The translations under genes and the position numbers were made by a program. Below are positions 8,560 through 16,472 of a DNA stretch of 26,336 nt, piece after piece (the stretch's first letter is position 1; each line of letters begins with the position of its first letter). The notes beneath the pieces were generated by a model. It made no database searches, was not told where the DNA came from, and worked only from the letters and a program-made list of their open reading frames with translations. This DNA is from Nitrospirota bacterium (lineage in GTDB: Bacteria > Nitrospirota > Thermodesulfovibrionia > Thermodesulfovibrionales > Dissulfurispiraceae): NCBI GenBank assembly GCA_963790025.1, contig CAWBMP010000001.1, forward strand, positions 1 through 26,336. The letters are read 5' to 3'.

Positions 8560-9688
8560 AATCAGCGGCAGAAAGGCCCTTTCGTATCGGACTTGTCGGC
8601 TTGGGCTATGCACGGTACGTGCTTTTGCCGCTATTTCAAAAACGTGCTGATTGCGAAGTAGTTGCACTCTGCGGCACGGACAATGAGAAAACTGAAAGGG
8701 TGGCTGCGGAGCATAGGGTCCCGCACGCCTATTCTGATTGGCGTGAAATGCTTGGTGAGCAAAGGCCGGACTTGCTTGCTATAGCAGTCCCCCCTGTTGT
8801 GCAGGGCGAAATTTTGCTGGAGACCGCGGGCCGCGGAATTCCCTGTTTCTGCGAAAAGCCATTGGCCTCTGATTGGCGGACAGCTTCACAAATTGTGAAG
8901 TCTGCCGGAGCCAATGCCGACATATGTGCGATTGATTTCATATTTCCAGAGTTGCCCTTATGGAAGCGGGCGCGGGACGTAATCCGCGAGGGAAAGCTTG
9001 GACAACTGCGTCATGCCTGCATCAACTGGCATGTGCAAACAGGCGCCTGCCGCGTGGGCCAGCACCCATGGAAACTGGATCGCAGGAAAGGCGGCGGTGT
9101 TTTGAACAGTTTTGTCAGCCACGTGCTTTATTATGTTGAATGGATGCTGGGCAAGGTTGTTTCCGTTGCATGTTTGCTTGATGAGCTTTCTGCCGGCCAG
9201 GATATTCGCGCAACTGTAAAGATGAAGCTTGCGTGCGGTGCGATGGTTGTATTGCAGGTCAGCCAGGATTCCCCTGCCGGGAGCGAACATCGGGTGGAGG
9301 TATATGGCGAGAATGGAGCCCTGCATCTGTACAACCCGTCGTCCGATTATGTAAAAGGGTTTACAGGCTTCTGGGCTGACGGATCCGGCCGCAAGGAATG
9401 TCTTGGCCATGAGAAGGAATTGCCGGACGGACCGGATGGCCGAATGATTGCCAGCGGAATGATTATTGATCGCTGGCTGGATTGTATCAGGCAAGGCCGC
9501 GGCATGATACCCAACATCAGAGATGGCCTGCGGGTTCAATATCTGCTTGATTGTTTGGAGAAATCTCATCAAGGCAGTCGTCTTTTTCACTGCGCCGGCA
9601 AGGAAGTGTCCCGGTCATGATTGCCCCTTTGATGCAAAATCGTTTCTGCCGGATTTTCGGGAAGGTTGTCCTTGGTATTCTGCTGGTC
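6351..9688 (+). repeat. 55-bp direct repeat at the 5' ends of the two membrane-protein paralogs (6351-6405 and 9634-9688)
   Basis: GCAAAATCGTTTCTG(TCA/CCG)GATTTTCGGGAAGGTTGTCCTTGGTATTCTGCTGGTC, 53/55 identical, offset 3283 bp. Confidence 0.9.
8556..9620 (+). CDS. Gfo/Idh/MocA family oxidoreductase (probable NDP-sugar ketoreductase/dehydrogenase)
   Basis: Start moved to ATG 8556 (ATGA overlap with the upstream stop), giving MKSAAERPFRIGLVGLGY. Also CEKP, GGGVLNSFVSH and VEVYGENG. Confidence 0.9.
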   Translation: MKSAAERPFRIGLVGLGYARYVLLPLFQKRADCEVVALCGTDNEKTERVAAEHRVPHAYSDWREMLGEQRPDLLAIAVPPVVQGEILLETAGRGIPCFCEKPLASDWRTASQIVKSAGANADICAIDFIFPELPLWKRARDVIREGKLGQLRHACINWHVQTGACRVGQHPWKLDRRKGGGVLNSFVSHVLYYVEWMLGKVVSVACLLDELSAGQDIRATVKMKLACGAMVVLQVSQDSPAGSEHRVEVYGENGALHLYNPSSDYVKGFTGFWADGSGRKECLGHEKELPDGPDGRMIASGMIIDRWLDCIRQGRGMIPNIRDGLRVQYLLDCLEKSHQGSRLFHCAGKEVSRS

Positions 9689-11860
9689 CTCATGTTGGGG
9701 TTGCCTATATTGCAGACCTGGAAGATGATCGCTTTTCTGGCCAGCATCCTGGCCTTGATTTACAGCGATATCATTTTTGAGAAAAAGCGCATTATTTGGG
9801 GTGTGGCGCTCGTCGTTTGCATTCTGACTGTCAAATCCTTCCTGCCGGTGGCGGGAATAGAGGAGGGTCACAATATTTTCCTCGTTTTTGAACCCGGCAT
9901 GACCATTAAGTTTAGCGGACGGGACACCTATGGCAATATAATTGACGCCTATCGCAATTTGGTCCCTTCAAAGGAACATGATGCGGTGCTTCGTCTTGCG
10001 CAGGGCAAGGGCGCTCTGCAGCAGTCCCTTCCGGCTGCAGTCTACAATGACTGGCGGCGTGAATTCAATAGTCGCTATCCCCCTATGGGACCTCCTTACG
10101 GAGGGGGCACCTGGCTCCAAAGGGTGTCCCAAGGGAACTTCCCGGACAGGGTATACGCCTATTCGTCTGATGCCTTGTGGCGCCCTGCCAAATACTCCAG
10201 AAAGGTGGATGACATAGCATTCAGCAGCCTTGCCGAATTCCGGGGTGGCTTTGCCAACGATTTAAAATACAATTTTTACGGCAATGATCCCATTACCTTT
10301 GCCCGCAATTTCGAGGTCCAGTTGCCGTTTTTCGTTATGTACGAATTTTCTGAGCAATCTGTTGGATGCACTTTGCTGTGGCAAGGCACTGTTTTCTGGC
10401 AAAAGAATGACGGATCTTATGAAAAGATCAGTCATACGAACTATTCGGGGAGAACCATTACGGCAAGTGATGCGGGAAAAAGAATATACGCGTTGAATCT
10501 TCCCGCAGTTTTTCCCGGGGGGTTCAAACAGTTGAGCGAATCACGGAACGTGCCGCGAACGCCGCAGCCATATGAATTAGCGATGAATCTGAAACTAAGC
10601 CCAAAACTTGCTGTCGGCCGTGCGGCGAGGGACGTTCTGAGCATAATGGGTATTGTCGCATTGATCGTTATTATGATGCACATTAAATGGAAATCCTATG
10701 TTGTCGCCATCAATATCACGGCACTTAGCCTAATCATCATTGGCGTATTTATTCATTATAGCAATGGGAAATTTCTTGGATATGAATATCCCCCCCAAGG
10801 TGGCGGAGACGACGGCATAGTTAATGAATCCTGGGGAAGGGATATTGCTCGTGCGACGATGAATGGCGATATCAGCAAAGCGTTTGAAGGGAATGAACCG
10901 ATTTACTGGTTTACCCCCGGGATGCGTTATGCCCGCTCCATAGAAAAAAATATTTTTGGTGACACCAATCTCGGATATACCGCGTTTGTCGCCCTTCTTC
11001 CATATTTCCTTTACCTGTTAATCAAACATGTTGCCGGATATAAGTGGGGGCTGGCAAGTGCTCTTTTCTTTGTCTTCCTGCCATTAGGCAGTTTCTCCTT
11101 TCTGCAATATATCCAGAATGCCAAGTTAGGATATGCCGAGGCAATGGGTTTCGGCTTGTTTATCTTTGGGTTATACCTGTTCATGCGTTCCAACCCGCGA
11201 TGGGGAGGAGAGAGGGACCGGTTTTTCGCTTTTATTGGAGGAATGTTTCTTGCTGCTTCCATGTTTCTCAGACCGAATTTTGTTATTGCCGTCGCAGTGC
11301 TCGGCCTTTTTTTCCTTTACGGCAGTTGGCGCATCCGTGATTTTACTCTCATGGGCTGCGCCTCGGCAGGGCTTGCACTCGCATTTTTGATGCCCATTCA
11401 TAATTTGTATTTCGGCCACCAGTTTTACCTCATTTCCAAAGCAGGAACGACTGTTTCAGTCACCCTGTCACCCATGACGTATCTTCAGGCCGGACAAGAA
11501 CTACTCGCCGGCAATTGGAAGGCCCAACATATCAATGAGGTTATTAAGCAGTTGTCGGGTTGGCTTTGGACGCTGCCACGGTTGACATATCCATCTCTTA
11601 AATTTGCCGCGGAGTTGTTTATGATCGGGAATTTAGTCACTCTGGCCATAACGGTCTTTATTGCTTTCCGACCATCCTTAAGGCGAGAGGTTATTTTTGT
11701 TTTGGCCTGGACGGCTTTGGCCGCTCACTTGCCGATGCTTTTCATTTATGATTCAGCACAATTCCGTTATGCCATGCTTGCCTGGGATCTGAGCGCGATT
11801 TTGACAATCGTGATAATTGCGAAAGGTTTATTAAATGTGCGGATTCGCCGGATTCATTGA
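9617..11860 (+). CDS. Large polytopic membrane protein, putative GT-C-type glycosyltransferase (paralog B)
   Basis: Start moved to ATG 9617 (ATGA overlap). Aligns throughout with 6340..8559: IEEGHNIFLVFEP, WRPAKYSRKVD, GGGDDG (10799-10816), TPGMRY, IFGDTNLG, RPN, HNLYFG and FRYA. Confidence 0.55.
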   Translation: MIAPLMQNRFCRIFGKVVLGILLVLMLGLPILQTWKMIAFLASILALIYSDIIFEKKRIIWGVALVVCILTVKSFLPVAGIEEGHNIFLVFEPGMTIKFSGRDTYGNIIDAYRNLVPSKEHDAVLRLAQGKGALQQSLPAAVYNDWRREFNSRYPPMGPPYGGGTWLQRVSQGNFPDRVYAYSSDALWRPAKYSRKVDDIAFSSLAEFRGGFANDLKYNFYGNDPITFARNFEVQLPFFVMYEFSEQSVGCTLLWQGTVFWQKNDGSYEKISHTNYSGRTITASDAGKRIYALNLPAVFPGGFKQLSESRNVPRTPQPYELAMNLKLSPKLAVGRAARDVLSIMGIVALIVIMMHIKWKSYVVAINITALSLIIIGVFIHYSNGKFLGYEYPPQGGGDDGIVNESWGRDIARATMNGDISKAFEGNEPIYWFTPGMRYARSIEKNIFGDTNLGYTAFVALLPYFLYLLIKHVAGYKWGLASALFFVFLPLGSFSFLQYIQNAKLGYAEAMGFGLFIFGLYLFMRSNPRWGGERDRFFAFIGGMFLAASMFLRPNFVIAVAVLGLFFLYGSWRIRDFTLMGCASAGLALAFLMPIHNLYFGHQFYLISKAGTTVSVTLSPMTYLQAGQELLAGNWKAQHINEVIKQLSGWLWTLPRLTYPSLKFAAELFMIGNLVTLAITVFIAFRPSLRREVIFVLAWTALAAHLPMLFIYDSAQFRYAMLAWDLSAILTIVIIAKGLLNVRIRRIH

Positions 11861-13799
11861 CATTAAACGATCTCACACCGAAGAAGCGCTGAAGCGTGCG
11901 GTTGACCGTATGGCTGAAACAATACGGCATCGCGGTCCTGACGATAGCGGCAATTGGGTCGATCCCGAATACGGTATTGCATTGGGATTCAGGAGGCTGG
12001 CCATTATGGACCTTACTCCGATGGGGCATCAGCCCATGACTTCCCATAATGGGCGCTATGTCATCGTGTTCAATGGAGAGGTATACAACCACAAGGACAT
12101 CAGGGACGAGTTGCTCAAAGAGAATAATACAATTATATGGAAAGGCCACTCTGATACGGAGATCATGCTGGAAGCCATTAAGGCATGGGGTGTGGAAAAT
12201 GCTTTAAAACGCTTTACCGGAATGTTCGCTGTTGCTCTCTGGGACAGGGACAGCCTGGAACTGACCCTGGCCCGCGATCGGATGGGGGAAAAGCCCTTAT
12301 ATTACGGATGGGCAGGCAACACTTTCTTGTTCGGTTCTGAACTTAAGGCCCTCAGGGCCTGCCCGGCAACCGCATCATGGGAGATCGACCGTGATGTGCT
12401 TTGCCAATACGTTCGCTATAATTACGTCCCGGCCCCTTTTTCAATATACAAGGGCATCCGGAAGCTTTCTCCAGGAAGTTTTATTACCATCCCTCTTGCG
12501 ACCGCGGCAGGCAGTTTCCCTGAAGTCAGGAAGTATTGGGATGTCCTGGAAATTGCTGAGCAGGGCTTAGGGCATCCATTTACGGGGCCGGATGAACAGG
12601 CTGCCGACCAACTGGATGCCGTGTTGCGGAAGGCTGTCAGGGAACAGATGGAAGCGGATGTGCCCCTCGGGGCATTTCTTTCAGGCGGTGTGGATTCCTC
12701 ATTGATTGTCGCTTTGATGCAGGCTCAGAGCAGCCGCCCCGTAAGAACATTCACGATCGGTTTCCATCAGGACGATTTCAATGAGGCAGTTCATGCAAAA
12801 GCGGTTGCGCGGCATCTGGGGACCGAACATACAGAACTGTATGTCACTGCGGAAATGGCCTTGTCGGTTATCCCCAGGCTTCCCCGCATCTACGATGAAC
12901 CTTTCTCCGATTCATCGCAGATTCCCACCTTTCTTGTATCGGAAATGACACGTCGTCACGTTACCGTAAGCTTGTCCGGCGACGGCGGCGATGAGGTCTT
13001 CGGCGGTTACACCAGATATTTCTGGGGTCCCGATATCTGGAGGAGGGTGGGCTGGATGCCGGTCGGGGCAAGGAAGGCCATGGCAAAGGCCCTGACCATC
13101 ATGTCCCCCGATACATGGGACAGTGTATTTCAGTCCCTGGATATTCTCATACCCAAAAAACTGAAACAAAGGATGCCTGGCGACAAGCTACGCAAACTTG
13201 CGGAGATCATGTCTGTAAGAAACCGGCAGGAGCTTTATAAACGATTTGTATCTACGTGGCAGAACCCATCATCCATCGTTATCGACGGCAGGGAGGAGGA
13301 TCTCGTTCTTTCTCACAGCGAGCGATCTTCCGTATTGTCTTCCTTCCTGGACCGTATGATGTTCCTTGATGCAATCACCTATCTCCCCGACGATATCCTG
13401 GTCAAGGTAGACCGGGCCAGCATGGGTATAAGCCTTGAGTCGCGCGCTCCTTATCTTAATCACCATGTCGTGGAGTTCGCCTGGCGGCTCCCCCGACAGA
13501 TGAAGGTCCGCAACGGACAGGGGAAATGGCTTCTCAGGCAGGTGCTTGACCGCTATGTCCCCAAACATCTTATCGAAAGACCCAAGATGGGGTTTGGGGT
13601 ACCTATCGGCACATTCATGAGAGGCGCCTTGCGGCCCTGGGCAGAGGCGCTCCTTGATGAAGGGCGTCTGAGGAGGGAAGGTTTCTTTAACCCGGAGACT
13701 ATACGCCTGAAGTGGCAGGAGCATCTTTCGGGAAAAAGAAACTGGCAGTATGATCTCTGGACGATCCTCATGTTCCAGCAATGGCTGGAAGCACAATGA
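11835..13799 (+). CDS. asnB: Asparagine synthase (glutamine-hydrolysing) family amidotransferase, probably a glycan uronamide-forming WbpS-like enzyme
   Basis: 654 aa. N-terminal MCG (Ntn Cys), HRGPD, HQPM, FNGEVYNH, SDTE, RDRMGEKPLYY, LSGGVDSS, LSGDGGDEVFGGY, KVDRASM and RPKMGF. Confidence 0.95.
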   Translation: MCGFAGFIDIKRSHTEEALKRAVDRMAETIRHRGPDDSGNWVDPEYGIALGFRRLAIMDLTPMGHQPMTSHNGRYVIVFNGEVYNHKDIRDELLKENNTIIWKGHSDTEIMLEAIKAWGVENALKRFTGMFAVALWDRDSLELTLARDRMGEKPLYYGWAGNTFLFGSELKALRACPATASWEIDRDVLCQYVRYNYVPAPFSIYKGIRKLSPGSFITIPLATAAGSFPEVRKYWDVLEIAEQGLGHPFTGPDEQAADQLDAVLRKAVREQMEADVPLGAFLSGGVDSSLIVALMQAQSSRPVRTFTIGFHQDDFNEAVHAKAVARHLGTEHTELYVTAEMALSVIPRLPRIYDEPFSDSSQIPTFLVSEMTRRHVTVSLSGDGGDEVFGGYTRYFWGPDIWRRVGWMPVGARKAMAKALTIMSPDTWDSVFQSLDILIPKKLKQRMPGDKLRKLAEIMSVRNRQELYKRFVSTWQNPSSIVIDGREEDLVLSHSERSSVLSSFLDRMMFLDAITYLPDDILVKVDRASMGISLESRAPYLNHHVVEFAWRLPRQMKVRNGQGKWLLRQVLDRYVPKHLIERPKMGFGVPIGTFMRGALRPWAEALLDEGRLRREGFFNPETIRLKWQEHLSGKRNWQYDLWTILMFQQWLEAQ

Positions 13800-14929
13800 G
13801 ACCGAAAATCTTGTTCCTGATCACTGAAGACTGGTATTTCTGGTCTCATCGACTGCCTCTTGCCCGCGCTGCCCGGGATAGCGGATTCGAAGTGATTATT
13901 GCGACACACACACAGGACCACGGGGAATTGATACGTACGGAAGGGTTTAAGCTGATTCCGATCCAGTTGCGGCGAAAAAGCAGGAACCCGTTTCGGGAAC
14001 TCCTGTCCATCATTGAATTGTTAGACATCTACAGGAAGGAACGACCTGACATAGTCCATCATGTTGCCATGAAACCTGTCCTCTACGGTTCCATCTGCTC
14101 CCGACTGACAAAAATCCATTTAACGGTAAATGCCCTGGCGGGTATGGGGTACGTCTTTATATCTTCAGAATTGCCGGCTGTTGTCTTGCGGGCCCTGATC
14201 AAACCACTCCTGCGCGTCGCTCTGAACACCCCGGGAAGCAGGCTGATTCTCCAGAATCCTGATGATTACAGATTGTTTGTCGAAAAAGGACTTATCAACA
14301 AGGAACAGATCATCATCATCCGGGGCTCAGGGGTCGATACGGAGCGTTTTGCCTGCATCCCTGAGCAGGCCGGCATTCCCGTTGTCATGCTTGTCTCGCG
14401 AATGCTATGGGACAAAGGCATTGGTGAGTTTGTCGATGCGGCAAAACTTATACGGGCACGGGGCATCCAGGCCCGGTTTGTCCTGGTCGGCAAGACAGAC
14501 CCTGATAATCCGGCGTCCATCCCGGTCCCTGTTCTGGATGGCTGGCAAAAGAGTGGTATTGTCGAGTGGTGGGGCCACCGTGAGCATATGCCGGAGATAT
14601 ATACACAGGCTCATGTTATTACCCTTCCATCCTATCGCGAGGGGTTACCCAAGGTTCTTCTGGAGGCTGCCTCGTGCGGGCGGCCTATTGTTGCCACTGA
14701 TGTGCCGGGATGCCGGGAAATCGTCAGAGGCGGCGATAACGGTTTCCTTGTCCCACCATATGACGCGGAAGCCCTTGCCTCTTCATTGGAACACCTGATA
14801 GTTGATCACGAGTTACGCATGAGAATGGGAGGCAGGGGCCGTGAGATTGTCCTTAACGAGTTTTCAGAAAAAAAGGTCGTCTCCGAAACAATGGCAGTTT
14901 ACGAGCAGGGCCTTCTCCGCAGTGGTTGA
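13796..14929 (+). CDS. Glycosyltransferase family 4 (GT-B, CapM/WbpU-like)
   Basis: Start ATG 13796 (ATGA overlap). FWSHRLPLA, KPVLYG, GSGVD, SRMLWDKGIGEF and LPSYREGLPKVLLEAASCGRP (EX7E motif). Confidence 0.93.
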   Translation: MRPKILFLITEDWYFWSHRLPLARAARDSGFEVIIATHTQDHGELIRTEGFKLIPIQLRRKSRNPFRELLSIIELLDIYRKERPDIVHHVAMKPVLYGSICSRLTKIHLTVNALAGMGYVFISSELPAVVLRALIKPLLRVALNTPGSRLILQNPDDYRLFVEKGLINKEQIIIIRGSGVDTERFACIPEQAGIPVVMLVSRMLWDKGIGEFVDAAKLIRARGIQARFVLVGKTDPDNPASIPVPVLDGWQKSGIVEWWGHREHMPEIYTQAHVITLPSYREGLPKVLLEAASCGRPIVATDVPGCREIVRGGDNGFLVPPYDAEALASSLEHLIVDHELRMRMGGRGREIVLNEFSEKKVVSETMAVYEQGLLRSG

Positions 14930-15916
14930 TTGGTTCATATGGATGCGCATACTTCAAATAGGCGAATCTTGGTGACGGGCGCAAGCGGTTTTGTCGGCAG
15001 GGCTTTATGTAAAGCCCTTGTTGCTTTCGGTTATCACGTGCGCGGGGCAGTGCGCGATTACGGGGCAGATGTGCCGGTGTCCGAAAAAGTGGCTGTAGCT
15101 GAAATAAGTGCAGAGACCGACTGGTCCGGAGCGCTCTCCGGAATAGACACGGTAGTACACCTTGCCGCACGCGTTCATGTAATGAAAGAAACATCCGACA
15201 ATCCGCTCGATGCTTTCCGGAAGGTGAACGCTGCCGGGACAGAGCGTCTTGCACGCATGGCGGCACAAGCCGGGGTATGCCGGTTTGTATATGTCAGTTC
15301 TGTAAAAGTTAACGGCGAAATCACTTTTGAAAGGCCGTTTCGGGAGTCGGCTGAACCTAATCCCATGGACCCATATGCTGTTTCCAAATGGGAGGCTGAA
15401 CAGGTCTTGAAAAAGGTTTCCGAAGAAGAGAGACTTAATGTTATTATTCTCAGACCCCCTCTTATATATGGCCCCGGGGTCAAGGGAAACATTTTGAAGC
15501 TGATGCGGTACATAAATAGAGGCTGGCCGTTGCCGTTTGGCAGTATTCACAACAGGAGGAGCCTGATCGGTCTGGCGAACCTGACCGACGCGCTTATTCT
15601 GGCAGCCCAAAGAGGCGAAACGTCTGTCCAAACTTTTCTTATTAGCGACGGTCAGGACATCTCGACACCGGATTTGATCCGGAAAATAGCGGCTGCAATG
15701 CGGCGGAAGCCAAGATTGCTGCATGTTCCTGAACCGGTTTTTGGCCTTGCGTCAAAAATGGTTCCTTCTCTAAGGCCGGTATTTGAGCGTTTGACGGGAT
15801 CTTTGGTTGTTGACAGCTCTAAGTTTCGAACAGTTATGTGCTGGCGGCCGCCGGAGACTATTGATATGGGCATTAAGGCGATGGTTTCGGATTTCCTGGA
15901 AAATAACGTTGTCTAA
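14930..15916 (+). CDS. NAD-dependent epimerase/reductase, WbpV/WbpK-like (UDP-4-keto-6-deoxy-HexNAc 4-reductase)
   Basis: TGASGFVG, HLAARVH, SSVKVNGE, YAVSK, RPPLIYGPGVKGN and NRRSL. Alternative start ATG 14939. Close to a WbpM-like dehydratase. Confidence 0.85.
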   Translation: MVHMDAHTSNRRILVTGASGFVGRALCKALVAFGYHVRGAVRDYGADVPVSEKVAVAEISAETDWSGALSGIDTVVHLAARVHVMKETSDNPLDAFRKVNAAGTERLARMAAQAGVCRFVYVSSVKVNGEITFERPFRESAEPNPMDPYAVSKWEAEQVLKKVSEEERLNVIILRPPLIYGPGVKGNILKLMRYINRGWPLPFGSIHNRRSLIGLANLTDALILAAQRGETSVQTFLISDGQDISTPDLIRKIAAAMRRKPRLLHVPEPVFGLASKMVPSLRPVFERLTGSLVVDSSKFRTVMCWRPPETIDMGIKAMVSDFLENNVV

Positions 15917-16472
15917 AAGGATTTTTGATATTATTCTTGCCTCGGTCCTTTTGATCATTTTACTGATACCTGTTGCGATTATTGCATTGGCGGTGAAACT
16001 GACTTCAAAGGGCCCGGTCCTTTACTGGTCTGATAGAACAGGGGTGCATAATAGAATTTTTAAAATGCCGAAGTTTCGCACTATGAATATAAATACGCCT
16101 CCTGTGGCTACTCATCTTCTTGAGAACCCGTGGCAGTACGTAACGCCGATAGGTAAGCTGCTGAGGAAGACAAGCCTGGATGAATTGCCGCAATTGTTCA
16201 GTATTCTCAGGGGCGATATGAGTTTTGTGGGGCCGAGGCCGGCCTTGTTCAATCAGCATGATTTGATTGCGCTCAGGACTGATAAAGGTATCCATAAAAT
16301 ACCTCCCGGACTTACAGGGTGGGCACAGATAAACGGCAGAGACGAGCTGCCGATACCAGTGAAGGTCGAGCATGACTATTATTATCTCATGCACAGGTCT
16401 TTTCTGTTTGACCTCAAGATTTTATGGATGACCTTTTTTAAAGTCGCCCTCAGCGAGGGGGTGCAGCATTGA
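15909..16472 (+). CDS. Monotopic phosphoglycosyl transferase (Bac_transf, PglC-like) initiating glycan assembly on undecaprenyl-P
   Basis: Start moved to TTG 15909 (MSKRIFD). One hydrophobic segment with a Pro, KFRTM, LRKTSLDELPQL, GDMSFVGPRP and PGLTGWAQINGR. Confidence 0.92.
   Translation: MSKRIFDIILASVLLIILLIPVAIIALAVKLTSKGPVLYWSDRTGVHNRIFKMPKFRTMNINTPPVATHLLENPWQYVTPIGKLLRKTSLDELPQLFSILRGDMSFVGPRPALFNQHDLIALRTDKGIHKIPPGLTGWAQINGRDELPIPVKVEHDYYYLMHRSFLFDLKILWMTFFKVALSEGVQH

Noticed and set aside
70..9620. Antibiotic/natural-product biosynthetic cluster suggested by the C-methyltransferase
   Set aside because: There are no PKS/NRPS or aglycone genes. The context (PGT, WbpM, ligase, YfhO) indicates an envelope glycan.
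11835..13799. AsnB as a lasso-peptide cyclase or housekeeping asparagine synthetase
   Set aside because: It has an intact glutaminase domain, no precursor peptide or B protein nearby, and is translationally coupled to a GT4 in a glycan operon.
15005..15724. Long minus-strand ORFs (e.g. 15005-15724, 17537-18226, 8958-9590, 13269-13796)
   Set aside because: They lie wholly antisense to well-supported genes and have no recognisable motifs, so they are probably shadow ORFs.
15807..15908. N-terminal extensions of the PGT ORF and of the ORFs starting at 2591, 9551, 13781 and 25352
   Set aside because: These are longest-ORF artefacts. Family motifs, SD sites or overlaps point to the later starts.
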